Source: a candidate division TM6 bacterium GW2011_GWF2_28_16
Lineage (GTDB): Bacteria; Patescibacteriota; Microgenomatia; UBA1400; PJMF01
Assembly: GCA_001029715.1 (NCBI GenBank)
Contig: CP011212.1
Coordinates: 195,407 to 259,406 of the forward strand
DNA length: 64,000 bases
Reading direction: 5' to 3'
Made by a program: the position numbers and the translations under genes
Shown: one piece after another, positions 8,051 to 17,374 of the stretch
How the letters are laid out: every line of letters starts with the position of its first letter
Numbering within the stretch: the stretch's first letter is position 1
The notes under the pieces: model-generated
Told to the model about the DNA's origin: nothing
The model's input: the letters and a program-made list of their open reading frames with translations, nothing else
The model's database searches: none

Positions 8051-9109
8051 ATGTCAGATTTTCGCGAACTTCTTAACCAAGAAATTGCTGCATTAGCAGC
8101 TAAAGTTGAACAGGGAGAACTTCCCGATGAGATGCGTTACCAGCTCAAAAAAGAAATGGTGGCGCTACAGCGTAGTGTTGAACTTGGCAATTATGATGAG
8201 AAATATGAAAAAGTTTCTCATTATGTCGATTGGTGTTTGCGCATTCCTTTTGGTAAAAAAACTGAAGATACTTTAGATATCCAAAAAGCCCAAGAGATTT
8301 TTAATCAACATCACTATGGTATGCAGGAGGTCAAAGATCGTTTTTTGGAATATTTAGCAGTTTTAAATTTACAAAAAAATAATCTTCAAGATGAAAAGTT
8401 TTCTGCTCCAATTTTGCTCTTAGTTGGCTTGGTTGGTACTGGAAAAACTACTTTTGCTTATTCGTTAGCTGAAGCCTTGGGTCGCAAACTAGTACGTATT
8501 CCTTTTGGTGGTATGGGTAGTTCTAAAGAATTACGCGGTAATTCACGCTTACTTTTGGGTTCAGAGCCAGGCAAAGTTTTAAAAGGAGTTTGCGAATCTG
8601 GAGTAATGAATCCAATTATTTTACTTGATGAAATTGATCGCGCTTCTGATGATGCCAATATGGATATCATGGGTGTTTTAGTGGAATTGCTTGATCCAGC
8701 CCAGAATCATGCTTTTACTGATGACTATGTTAATTATCCAATTGATCTCTCCCAAGCGATTTTCTTAGCAACAGCCAACAATACTCGTAAGATTGCGACT
8801 GCTGTAATGGATCGTATGGAAAAAATTAGCATGCCTTCTTATACTGATGAGGAAAAAATCGCAATTGCTAAGAAATATATCATGCCAAAAGTTCTTAAGG
8901 AAGTTGGTTTAAAAACTGAGCAGTTTGTTATTCGTGACGAAATGTGGATTAAGATGGTTCGTCCGCTTGGTTTTGATGCTGGTATTCGTACTTTGCAGAG
9001 AACTATTCAGGGCGCGGCGCGTAAAGCGGCGCGCATTATTGTTGAAGGTAAATATAACAAGGTTGAAATTGGTCAAGAAAATTACAAAATTTTCTTACCC
9101 TCCTACTAG
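8051..9109 (+). CDS. Lon-type AAA+ ATPase lacking the N-terminal and protease domains
   Basis: HYGMQEVKDRFLEYLAV, Walker A GLVGTGKT, Walker B ILLDEID, LLDPAQN, ATAN; ends before any protease domain. Confidence 0.85.
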   Translation: MSDFRELLNQEIAALAAKVEQGELPDEMRYQLKKEMVALQRSVELGNYDEKYEKVSHYVDWCLRIPFGKKTEDTLDIQKAQEIFNQHHYGMQEVKDRFLEYLAVLNLQKNNLQDEKFSAPILLLVGLVGTGKTTFAYSLAEALGRKLVRIPFGGMGSSKELRGNSRLLLGSEPGKVLKGVCESGVMNPIILLDEIDRASDDANMDIMGVLVELLDPAQNHAFTDDYVNYPIDLSQAIFLATANNTRKIATAVMDRMEKISMPSYTDEEKIAIAKKYIMPKVLKEVGLKTEQFVIRDEMWIKMVRPLGFDAGIRTLQRTIQGAARKAARIIVEGKYNKVEIGQENYKIFLPSY

Positions 9110-9135
9110 GCTCAATTCTTGATATAATATTTTTA

Positions 9136-9759
9136 ATGCATTTTACTGATTTAAAGACGCTCAAAGCAGATCTAGAAAAGAATTTTCAAAATTTACCCTT
9201 GGTAGAAAAAGTTGAAGACATCGTTCATGGTGAAGGTAATGAGAATGCTAGTGTGATGCTAATTGGTGAAGCTCCTGGTTATAATGAGAGCGTGCAGAGA
9301 AGACCTTTTGTTGGTCGCTCTGGGCAGTTGTTGCGTAAAGTTTTAGCCGAGAGTGGTTTACAAGAAGATCAAGTTTATATTAGCAACATTGTCAAAGTTC
9401 GCCCACCAGACAATCGTGATCCTTTACCAGCAGAAATTTTAGCTTTTAAGCCTTATCTAGATGCAGAAATTCAAATTATCAAGCCAAAACTAATTATGAC
9501 TTTGGGGCGTTTCAGTATGGCCAAGTTTTTGTCAGATGTAAAAATCTCGCAGATTCATGGACGTTTACATAAGGTAAAATGGAATGACCAGCTCTTATTT
9601 ATTTTGCCAATGTATCATCCCGCCGCCGCTTTGAGAGCGACTAGAGTAAAAGATTCATTTATCAAGGATTTTGCCAAAATAGATAAAATTGTGGATTGGG
9701 TGGAAAACACCAAAGACGAAGCCTTTTTTAGCGAAACAGTTAAAGAAGCATTATTATAA
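9136..9759 (+). CDS. Uracil-DNA glycosylase, family 4
   Basis: IGEAPG, PFVGRSG, NIVKVRPPDNR, YHPAAALR. Confidence 0.9.
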   Translation: MHFTDLKTLKADLEKNFQNLPLVEKVEDIVHGEGNENASVMLIGEAPGYNESVQRRPFVGRSGQLLRKVLAESGLQEDQVYISNIVKVRPPDNRDPLPAEILAFKPYLDAEIQIIKPKLIMTLGRFSMAKFLSDVKISQIHGRLHKVKWNDQLLFILPMYHPAAALRATRVKDSFIKDFAKIDKIVDWVENTKDEAFFSETVKEALL

Positions 9760-9792
9760 AAAATTATTTAACAATAAATTAAAAAGAAAGGA

Positions 9793-9873
9793 ACGAATTT
9801 ATTTTTCGATGCATTGCGCCACCCGAGTGAACGTCTTCACTCGAGAGACGCTGAGGAGAAAAATATAATTCGT
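9793..9873 (+). promoter_or_regulatory. Structured 5' leader motif, copy 1 (between RBS and rnj start)
   Basis: Nested stems; homologous to 34771-34852 with compensatory changes. Confidence 0.7.
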
Positions 9874-9879
9874 GAAATT

Positions 9880-11541
9880 ATGTCCAAACTAAAACTTTTA
9901 CCCCTAGGGGGAATGGGTGGTGTCACCCAAAATATGTATTTATATCAATATGAAAAAGAAATTCTAATTGTCGATTGTGGCATTGGTTTTCCTGACATGT
10001 ATATGCCAGGCGTCGATACTTTGATTCCTGATATTAGTTATTTACAAGATCAGCTCGAACAGGGCGCTAAAATTGTTGGTATGATTCTTAGTCATGGCCA
10101 TGACGATCATATTGGAGCTTTACCTTATTTATTGGGTGAATTGCCAAGCTTCCCAATTTATGGTTCACCTTTGACGATTGGTTTTGCGCGCGATCGTATC
10201 TCAGAGAAGAAACTCGATCGTGACATGCAAGCTATTTCTGACGAGAGAATTACTAAAATTAGCGATTTCTTTTCATTTGAATTAATTCCAATGACTCATT
10301 CTGTACCAGATACAAGACACATTGTAATTGATACACCAGTCGGTAGAATTTATCACGGCAGTGATTTTAAACTTGATAAAGCTCCAGTTGATGGCATTCT
10401 GTCAGACATGGAAGAAATCAAAAGAGTTGCCGATCAGGGTATTTTGTTAGCCATGATTGATTGTTTGCGTGTTGAAAGAGATCAGTGGACTAAATCAGAA
10501 TCAACTATTACTCCAGTTTTCGAAGAAGAAATGGCCAATGTCAAAGGTAAGATTTTGGTTACCTTGATGAGTTCCCATATTCATCGTATTCAACAGGTAG
10601 TTAATGTTTGTGAAGCTATTGGACGCAAAGTGGTTTTTGTGGGTCGCAGTGTTGAGCAAAATATGGTTGTAGCCACTATGCTAAAGAAATTACGCATGGC
10701 TCCTGGAACTCAAGTGGATAAGAAACACATTAGCGAAGTTCCAGATAATCAGCTCTGTGTTATTATTGCTGGCAGTCAGGGTCAAGAGGGTTCATCGCTA
10801 GTGCGAGCCGTTTATGGCGAGCATCGTATTATCCAAATTTCTCCAGAGGATAAAGTGATTTTTTCAGCTGACGCTATTCCTGGCAATGAAATTAATTATT
10901 ATGCAGCTATTGATGAATTGTCTTCCAATAATGTTGATGTGGTTTATCCAACCATTAACTCAGGCATTCATAGCTCTGGTCATGCTAGTGCCATTGAGCA
11001 AAGAGAAATTGTCGAAGTTTTAAACGCTAAATACATCATGCCAATTGGTGGTGCCAATCGCCATCGCGCTCTTTTCAAAAAACTTGTGGCTCCAGTTCTC
11101 AATTACGATAATCGCCATGTTTTATTGCCTGATTCTGGTCAAGTGCTTGGTATCGACGAAAACGGTATCCAAGTAGTTGATGAAGTTTTACTCAATGCTA
11201 AAGCAGTTGATGGTTTAGGAATTGGTGATGTTGGACCAGTGGTTTTGTCAGATCGCCTCTCTCTTTCTAAGTCAGGTATTATTGTTTTGATTATTCCAAG
11301 AACCAAAGGACAATTTGACTTCAAAGAAATGAAAGTCATTTCTCGAGGCTTTGTCTTTATGAAAGAAGCTGATGAAGTCATTCAATTTATTAAGCAAAAA
11401 ACTGCCGAGATAGTGGGTGATGAAGCACAGAATATCAAAGATGACGATCTCAAGAGAAAAATTGAGCGTCGTTTGGCAAAAAAACTATATAAAGTGATTC
11501 GTAGAGAACCAATTATTGTACCGGTAATTTTGGAAATGTAG
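9880..11541 (+). CDS. rnj: Ribonuclease J
   Basis: LLPLGGMGGV.QNM, SHGHDDHIG, THSVPD, GSQG, HSSGHA; start set at MSKLK. Confidence 0.92.
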   Translation: MSKLKLLPLGGMGGVTQNMYLYQYEKEILIVDCGIGFPDMYMPGVDTLIPDISYLQDQLEQGAKIVGMILSHGHDDHIGALPYLLGELPSFPIYGSPLTIGFARDRISEKKLDRDMQAISDERITKISDFFSFELIPMTHSVPDTRHIVIDTPVGRIYHGSDFKLDKAPVDGILSDMEEIKRVADQGILLAMIDCLRVERDQWTKSESTITPVFEEEMANVKGKILVTLMSSHIHRIQQVVNVCEAIGRKVVFVGRSVEQNMVVATMLKKLRMAPGTQVDKKHISEVPDNQLCVIIAGSQGQEGSSLVRAVYGEHRIIQISPEDKVIFSADAIPGNEINYYAAIDELSSNNVDVVYPTINSGIHSSGHASAIEQREIVEVLNAKYIMPIGGANRHRALFKKLVAPVLNYDNRHVLLPDSGQVLGIDENGIQVVDEVLLNAKAVDGLGIGDVGPVVLSDRLSLSKSGIIVLIIPRTKGQFDFKEMKVISRGFVFMKEADEVIQFIKQKTAEIVGDEAQNIKDDDLKRKIERRLAKKLYKVIRREPIIVPVILEM

Positions 11542-11644
11542 CTATCTCTTGCAAGTGGAGCTTTTTTCCTCTTAAATAGAGTTAGTACTTAATAAAGCAC
11601 TTGACGCGATAGTGTTTTGTGTTATATCCTATAACAATACAAAT

Positions 11645-13843
11645 ATGGCTAATTTTAAACGCAGCAAAAGAAAAAAACGCAAAGCAATTCGTCTTAAAAT
11701 GCGTAGCGACACTAGTTATTCAGTAGTGGCAGTTCTATTGATTTTGCTTGGTTTATTGGTCTTAATTTCATTTACCGGTCAAGGTCAATTGCTTATTTTC
11801 ATCAATGATATCCTGTCTTTAAAGTTTGGTTTATCAATGTTGTTTTTACCTTTTGTTTTGATTTCTGCAGGCTTAGTAATGCTACGTAGTAAACATGCTT
11901 GGTCAAAACCAACTATTTTACTTGGCACGATTTTACTAATGCTTGGTACCATGGGCGTTACTAAAAGTGGACAAGTAGGTTCAAGTCTTTTTGTTAATTT
12001 TGCCAGACTAATTACTGAATCTGGTTCCTATGCTTTTTTTAGCGCCATTGTTTTAATTGGTATTTTAATTTTGTCCCAATCTTCTTTATTGGAGCTGGTT
12101 GAATTACTTGGCAAATTATTTAAGAAGAGAGCCAAAGATAAAAAAGAAGCTAAAGATATTTTTGCTGATCAAGTCAGCGAAAAGGAAATCACTAAAGCCA
12201 AGGGTTTTTCTATTCCTAATTTTGGTTTTGGATTTAGTAAAGACAAAGGTCTTAAAAAAGGCTCTTCTTTTAATGAGGAAATTGAACAAGATAACAGTAG
12301 TGCTAAGGCAATTATTGAAGACGAGCTTAAAAAAGAAACCTCTTCTTCCAATCTTGATAATCAAGAAGCTCTTAACGCCTCTTCAGTGCCAATGATGTGG
12401 GATTATCCACCTTTATCCTTACTCTCACAAAAGTCTGGTGGCAAAGCCGACCGTGGAGATGTCAAAGGCAACGCAGCGATTATTGAAAACACTTTGGATT
12501 CTTTTGGTATTCAAGCCAAAGTGACTGAATATAATCCTGGTCCAGCAGTTACTCAATATGCGCTAGATATTAACAAAGGTACTCGTTTATCTAAGATTAC
12601 TGCTCTATCAACTGATTTAGCTTTAGCTTTATCTGCTCCAACTGGACAAATTCGTATCGAGGCGCCAATTCCAGGTCGTAATTTAGTTGGTGTTGAAGTG
12701 CCAAATCGTAGTGCTGAGTATGTCACTCTCAAAACCATGTTGTCATCTCCAGAGCTTAAAAAGCATAAATCTAAATTAGCCGTGGCTCTTGGCATAGATG
12801 TAGCTGGTCGTCCATCGATTGTTGATATTGCGGCGATGCCTCATTTATTAATCGCTGGTTCAACTGGTTCTGGTAAATCTGTTTGTATTAACTCTTTTAT
12901 GTGCTCAATTTTGTTTAGAGCTACGCCAGAAGAAGTTAAGTTTATTTTGGTTGATCCTAAGCGTGTCGAATTAACTGGCTACAATGACATTCCTCATTTA
13001 TTAACTCCAGTAATTGTTGAGCCAAATAAGGTTGTTTCTGCACTCAAGTGGGCCTGTCAAACTATGGACAAGCGCTACAAAATGTTGGCAGAAGTAGGTG
13101 TCAAAAATATTAATGAATATAATGAACTAGCTGGTTTGGCTTCCATGCCAAACATCGTGATTGTGATTGATGAGTTGGCTGATGTAATGCTCTTTGCGCC
13201 TTCAGAAGTTGAAGAGAGTGTGACGCGTATTGCTCAGATGGCTCGTGCCGTTGGTATCCATTTAGTTTTGGCTACTCAGCGTCCTTCTGTGGATGTCTTG
13301 ACCGGACTGATTAAAGCTAACGTACCAACTCGTATCGCTTTTAACGTGGCTTCGATGATGGACAGTCGTGTCATTTTGGATAGTCCAGGTGCAGAAAAAT
13401 TGCTTGGTCGTGGTGATATGCTTTTCCAAGCTCCAGACAAACCAAAGCCATCTCGTGTCCAGGGTACTTTTGTCAGTGTTCAAGAAACCAATAATTTGAT
13501 TAATTTCTTAAAATCCCAGGGTCAAAAACCTCATTATGAGGAAGAAATTACTACCAAGTATCAGTCTAGCAAAGTTACTGGGGGCAGTATGGGTTCTGAT
13601 GATGGTGGTGGATCAGATATTGATGATAAATGTGAGGCAGCGGCGCGGCTCTTTTTGACCGCCGATAAGGCTTCCTCCTCTTTGATTCAGCGTCGCATGT
13701 CTGTTGGCTATGCCCGCGCCGCTAGAATTCTAGATCAACTCTACGAACTCGGCATGGTTGGCCCTCCAGATGGCAGTAAGCCAAGAGAAGTCAACAACGG
13801 CAAAATTAGAGAGTTTTTGATGAGCAAAGAACAAGAAGGATAA
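11645..13843 (+). CDS. ftsK: DNA translocase FtsK/SpoIIIE
   Basis: N-terminal TM helices, PHLLIAGSTGSGKS, VIDELAD, LATQRPS, gamma domain GYARAARILD. Confidence 0.95.
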   Translation: MANFKRSKRKKRKAIRLKMRSDTSYSVVAVLLILLGLLVLISFTGQGQLLIFINDILSLKFGLSMLFLPFVLISAGLVMLRSKHAWSKPTILLGTILLMLGTMGVTKSGQVGSSLFVNFARLITESGSYAFFSAIVLIGILILSQSSLLELVELLGKLFKKRAKDKKEAKDIFADQVSEKEITKAKGFSIPNFGFGFSKDKGLKKGSSFNEEIEQDNSSAKAIIEDELKKETSSSNLDNQEALNASSVPMMWDYPPLSLLSQKSGGKADRGDVKGNAAIIENTLDSFGIQAKVTEYNPGPAVTQYALDINKGTRLSKITALSTDLALALSAPTGQIRIEAPIPGRNLVGVEVPNRSAEYVTLKTMLSSPELKKHKSKLAVALGIDVAGRPSIVDIAAMPHLLIAGSTGSGKSVCINSFMCSILFRATPEEVKFILVDPKRVELTGYNDIPHLLTPVIVEPNKVVSALKWACQTMDKRYKMLAEVGVKNINEYNELAGLASMPNIVIVIDELADVMLFAPSEVEESVTRIAQMARAVGIHLVLATQRPSVDVLTGLIKANVPTRIAFNVASMMDSRVILDSPGAEKLLGRGDMLFQAPDKPKPSRVQGTFVSVQETNNLINFLKSQGQKPHYEEEITTKYQSSKVTGGSMGSDDGGGSDIDDKCEAAARLFLTADKASSSLIQRRMSVGYARAARILDQLYELGMVGPPDGSKPREVNNGKIREFLMSKEQEG

Positions 13844-13845
13844 AG

Positions 13846-14243
13846 TGGAGATGGCGGGTTATGAACCCGCGTCCGTATCCAAATGTTTAAATAGCTTCTA
13901 CAGATTTAGTTTGCTTTCGATTAAAGATCAATAAGTTGTACAAACAAACTTTTACTGACCTATCCGCGTTATGTCTTAGAACTTTTTGCAACGCGAGTTC
14001 AAAAAGTTAGCCAAGTGACTGAGTTTTCACTTACCTATCTGCATCACTAACACAAATAAATAAATGCCTAAATTAGCAATAAGCTAAAGCAGGAGCATTG
14101 AAACTGGCAACAAAATTGCTGACAGCAGTCTTTGCTTTTGAGATTATGTTATCGACATTTATTGTCCGGGCCTTTTTAATGTCTTTGGTCCAAAGACAAT
14201 CTGCGACTATCTAAAAGATGTTACGTCAAAGCAATACATCCCC
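13846..14243 (-). ncRNA. ssrA: tmRNA
   Basis: 5' GGGGAUG pairs with 3' CAUCUCC-A (G3:U70 Ala identity); T-arm GCGGG-UUCAUAA-CCCGC; internal tag ORF 14156-14073 VDNIISKAKTAVSNFVASFNAPALAYC*. Confidence 0.9.
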
Positions 14244-14284
14244 TTTTTAAAGAACTAAGCTTATTATAGCAGATACTTGCTAAT

Positions 14285-14944
14285 TTATTCCATTTTTGAC
14301 CCTATTATCAATCCAAACACCTTCTTTGCGCCAGCTTTTTTTAAAGCTTGGCTAGCGGCATTGAGTGTAGCGCCGGTAGTTAAAATATCATCAAGTAAAA
14401 TAATTTTCTTTTCCTTGACAAAATTCTGGTATTTTTCTCTGACAGCGAATAGGTTTGCCATTCTCTCAAGTCTTTCTGCTTGGTTTTTAATTTGTGCTTG
14501 TGCTTGGTTATTAATTTTTTTCTCAAGTAAATTCTTAGCTGGAATGTTGCTAAGTTTAGCGAGTTCTAGAGCGATTTCTTGGCATTGGTTATAGCCGCGA
14601 AGCTTAAGTTTTCGAGGGTGAAGTGGCACAAAAGTAATTAAATCGGCTTCAGGGATCAGTAAATGTCGCCACAACATTTTAGCCAAAAAAGGCGCAACAT
14701 TTTTACTATTTTTATACTTGAGCGCTTTGACTAATTTTTGCAAAGTGAAGTTAAATCTAGCGATGATTTGTAATTGATCGAGGTAAGCTGTCTCAAAATG
14801 AGGAGTAATTTCCTCGAGTTTATTTTGTAGAAAATAGAACTCCAGGCCGTGATAACAATTTTCGCAAAGCAGGTAGCCTAGCTTTTGGCAATGCAAACAA
14901 AAACTAGGGAAAAACAATTCTAAGAGCAGATTTTTAAGTCTCAT
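14285..14944 (-). CDS. comF: ComF family competence protein (Zn-ribbon + PRTase)
   Basis: CLHC...CENC, VPLH, RGYNQ, LLDDILTTGATL. Confidence 0.9.
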   Translation of the reverse strand: MRLKNLLLELFFPSFCLHCQKLGYLLCENCYHGLEFYFLQNKLEEITPHFETAYLDQLQIIARFNFTLQKLVKALKYKNSKNVAPFLAKMLWRHLLIPEADLITFVPLHPRKLKLRGYNQCQEIALELAKLSNIPAKNLLEKKINNQAQAQIKNQAERLERMANLFAVREKYQNFVKEKKIILLDDILTTGATLNAASQALKKAGAKKVFGLIIGSKME

Positions 14945-15038
14945 CTAGCTTAATTATCGATGGCGAAGTTAGCAAGAAGTGCAACAGATTGTCTTTTCCT
15001 CCAGAGTTTTCTATAATACGACCTAGTTTGCTAGATAA

Positions 15039-15112
15039 GGACAATTAGCTCAGTTGGTTAGAGCGCACGATTCACATTCGTGAGGTCACAAGTTCGAGTC
15101 TTGTATTGTCCA
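15039..15112 (+). tRNA. tRNA-Val(CAC)
   Basis: GGACAAT/ATTGTCC acceptor, AGCTCAGTTGG D-arm, CACGA-TTCACAT-TCGTG anticodon arm, GTTCGAGTC T-loop; CCA not encoded. Confidence 0.93.
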
Positions 15113-15154
15113 CAAGAAAGAGTATTAAGTTGAAATTTAAAAGGGAAAATTTTT

Positions 15155-15571
15155 ATGACAAAATCTGAGACCTTCATTTTAAAAGATGAAGAAGAAACAA
15201 ATTTTTCTTCAAATCCAGATATAGACGTACTTCGCCAATCTATTTATGATCATTTAATTGAATCAGGTAATATCTCTGTTTTAGAAGCTTATTTTAAGAA
15301 TCCAAAAGATATAATATTCTTTAGTCCTTTTAATAGACCAGGTAACACTTTAGTTGTGGTTGAACAGGAACCCGACCCAAAAGGTTTTATTTTGGATCCT
15401 TCAAAAAAGTTAGCGTTGAAGACTGTTGATGGGCAGACAAAAATTCTTCGTAATGTTAAAGATTTCACTGCCTTAGTGAAAAGCAATAACTCTAGATTAG
15501 AGGGGGAAAAATTTATCAATAATTCTCTAAAATCAATTTCAAACAAATTAAAAAGAATATTTAAAGGATAA
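15155..15571 (+). CDS. Hypothetical protein
   Basis: 138-aa ORF with AAGGG RBS just downstream of tRNA-Val; no recognised motif. Confidence 0.5.
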   Translation: MTKSETFILKDEEETNFSSNPDIDVLRQSIYDHLIESGNISVLEAYFKNPKDIIFFSPFNRPGNTLVVVEQEPDPKGFILDPSKKLALKTVDGQTKILRNVKDFTALVKSNNSRLEGEKFINNSLKSISNKLKRIFKG

Positions 15572-15587
15572 ACTTAGAAAGGCTAAA

Positions 15588-16019
15588 ATGACATTAAAAG
15601 AACAACTTATGGAAGATATGAAAAATGCGATGAGGGCTCACGAAACTCTCAAATTAGATGTGGTGCGCATGATTCGTAGCGATGTGAAAAACTTTGAAAT
15701 TGATAATGGTGAGGCTGACGATGAAAAAGTGCAGAAGATTATCAAAAGCATGCTCAAGCAACAAAAAGATGCTTTGGTCGATTTTTTAAGAGCAGCTCGT
15801 CAAGATTTAATTGATGAGACTAATTCCAAAATTGAAATTTTTGCCAGTTATTTACCAACTGAACTTTCAGATGCAGAGCTAGAGGCAGTTGTTGCTGAAG
15901 TTTTAGCTAGTGTAGAAAATAAAGACTTTGGTCCACTCATGGGTCAAGTCATGAAAAAAGTTGGTAGTAGAGCTGATGGTGGCAGAGTAACTGCTTTTTT
16001 GAAAAAAGCCCTATCCTAA
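15588..16019 (+). CDS. GatB/YqeY domain protein
   Basis: LKEQLMEDMKNAMR, YLPTELS, GPLMGQVMKKVGSRADG. Confidence 0.9.
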   Translation: MTLKEQLMEDMKNAMRAHETLKLDVVRMIRSDVKNFEIDNGEADDEKVQKIIKSMLKQQKDALVDFLRAARQDLIDETNSKIEIFASYLPTELSDAELEAVVAEVLASVENKDFGPLMGQVMKKVGSRADGGRVTAFLKKALS

Positions 16020-16036
16020 AATTATCAAAATAAATT

Positions 16037-16681
16037 ATGCAAACTCAGACAATTGGTGATTTGTTGCGCTCTGCTAGAGAGAAAAAACATTTTACCCTAG
16101 AAGATTTGGCCAAAGAAACCCATATTAAATTAGAGTATTTGCTTGCTTTAGAAGAAAATGATTTTGACGCTTTGCCGGCAGCAACTTTTGTCAAAGCTTA
16201 TATTCGTAATTACGCCAGACTTTTTGAACTTGATGAAAAACCTTTGTTTGCTATCTTGCGCCGAGATTTTGAAGAAAGCGTCAGAGGACAATTAATTCCC
16301 AGAGAATTTCTCTATCCACAATTAAAGAAAAAAACCCTTTGGTCGCCGGTACGTCTAGTTCTGTTTTCAGTGATTACAGTTTTTCTAGTCTTTTTTTCCT
16401 ATGCTGCTTGGCAGTGGTATCAACTAAGTCGTCCGCCAGCTTTGATGCTTTCAGCTCCACTAGAAAATGAAGAAGTTTCTTCAAGAGTAATTTTGAAAGG
16501 TGACACCGAGGTAGAAGCAATTTTAACGGTTAATTCTTTGCCAGTGGCTTTGCGGGAAGATGGTTCTTTTGAAACAGAGTTGTATTTACCTCAAGAAGGA
16601 GTGAACACAATTACCATTAAAGCCAGTGATAAAAATGGTAAAAGTAGTGTTTTACAAAGATCTGTCCGCGTTAAGTTTTGA
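16037..16681 (+). CDS. RodZ-like HTH-TM protein with C-terminal Ig-like domain
   Basis: IGDLLRSARE...LALEENDFDALP..TFVKAYIRNYA, TM helix, GVNTITIKASD. Confidence 0.8.
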   Translation: MQTQTIGDLLRSAREKKHFTLEDLAKETHIKLEYLLALEENDFDALPAATFVKAYIRNYARLFELDEKPLFAILRRDFEESVRGQLIPREFLYPQLKKKTLWSPVRLVLFSVITVFLVFFSYAAWQWYQLSRPPALMLSAPLENEEVSSRVILKGDTEVEAILTVNSLPVALREDGSFETELYLPQEGVNTITIKASDKNGKSSVLQRSVRVKF

Positions 16682-16712
16682 TAAAAATTTCAACTTATGT
16701 CACAATGGTCTT

Positions 16713-17015
16713 ATGACAAATGAAATTCTTCCTATCGTTCTAGTTGTTTGCTTGGTAGTTTTGACAATTGTTTTGGTGGTTGTGGCGATTAATTTAATTG
16801 GTGTTTTAGTGGAGAGCAAAAAAGTGCTCAAAAAAGCCAATGCGACAATTGATACTACTCAAGAGAAAATTACTGGGATTCTTAATCCTTTTCATAGTCT
16901 AAGTTCTTTCGTAACTAATTTTACTGCTGGTTTAAAAGTTGCTGAAGGTTTTATGTCTTTTGCTAATAAAGACAAAAAAGATAAAGATAAGGATGATGAA
17001 AAAGACGGAGAATAA
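16713..17015 (+). CDS. DUF948/YtxG-like membrane coiled-coil protein
   Basis: N-terminal TM plus amphipathic helix; paired with a YtxH-like gene. Confidence 0.5.
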   Translation: MTNEILPIVLVVCLVVLTIVLVVVAINLIGVLVESKKVLKKANATIDTTQEKITGILNPFHSLSSFVTNFTAGLKVAEGFMSFANKDKKDKDKDDEKDGE

Positions 17016-17337
17016 TTCCTTATTATTATTTGCTGGCGCCTTTAGTTTGGGCGCCATTTTTTCATATTTTGCTAGTCCAAGTGGCAGCAAAAAAAGACAA
17101 GAACTTGCCGAAAAATGGGAAGAAGCTAAAGAATACCTTTGGCAGCAAGGTTTAATCAAAGACAAAAACATTTCTTTTGAAGATTTTCGCAAAGAATATT
17201 TACAGAAATTAGCAAATTCTTTTACTGGTATGAAAGATGCTTTTGAAAGCAAAAGTATAGAAAAAGAATTGGCTCATTTAGCCAAACTCAAGCGTCGCCG
17301 CAACCGTAGCAAAAAGCCAAAGTTTAAAGGTATTTAA
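16996..17337 (+). CDS. YtxH-like protein
   Basis: GAFSLGAIFSYFASPSGSKKRQEL resembles the YtxH N-terminal motif. Confidence 0.5.
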   Translation: MKKTENNSLLLFAGAFSLGAIFSYFASPSGSKKRQELAEKWEEAKEYLWQQGLIKDKNISFEDFRKEYLQKLANSFTGMKDAFESKSIEKELAHLAKLKRRRNRSKKPKFKGI

Positions 17338-17374
17338 TTATTAGCAAAGCAATTGATCGGGTATAATAAGCTTC

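Noticed and set aside
9851-9857. CUGAGGA as a hammerhead ribozyme core (CUGANGA)
   Set aside because: The required GAAA and stem III-UH elements are not at the expected positions; GAUGCAUU follows the outer stem instead
9814-9879. N-terminal extension of RNase J from TTG 9814
   Set aside because: It is a translation of the structured leader; RNase J homology begins at MSKLK (9880), and the tuf copy has no in-frame equivalent
14277-14594. Overlapping antisense or alternate-frame ORFs (this one and the many similar track entries inside rpoBC, fusA and r-protein genes)
   Set aside because: Shadows of well-supported genes, with no recognisable motifs or start signals
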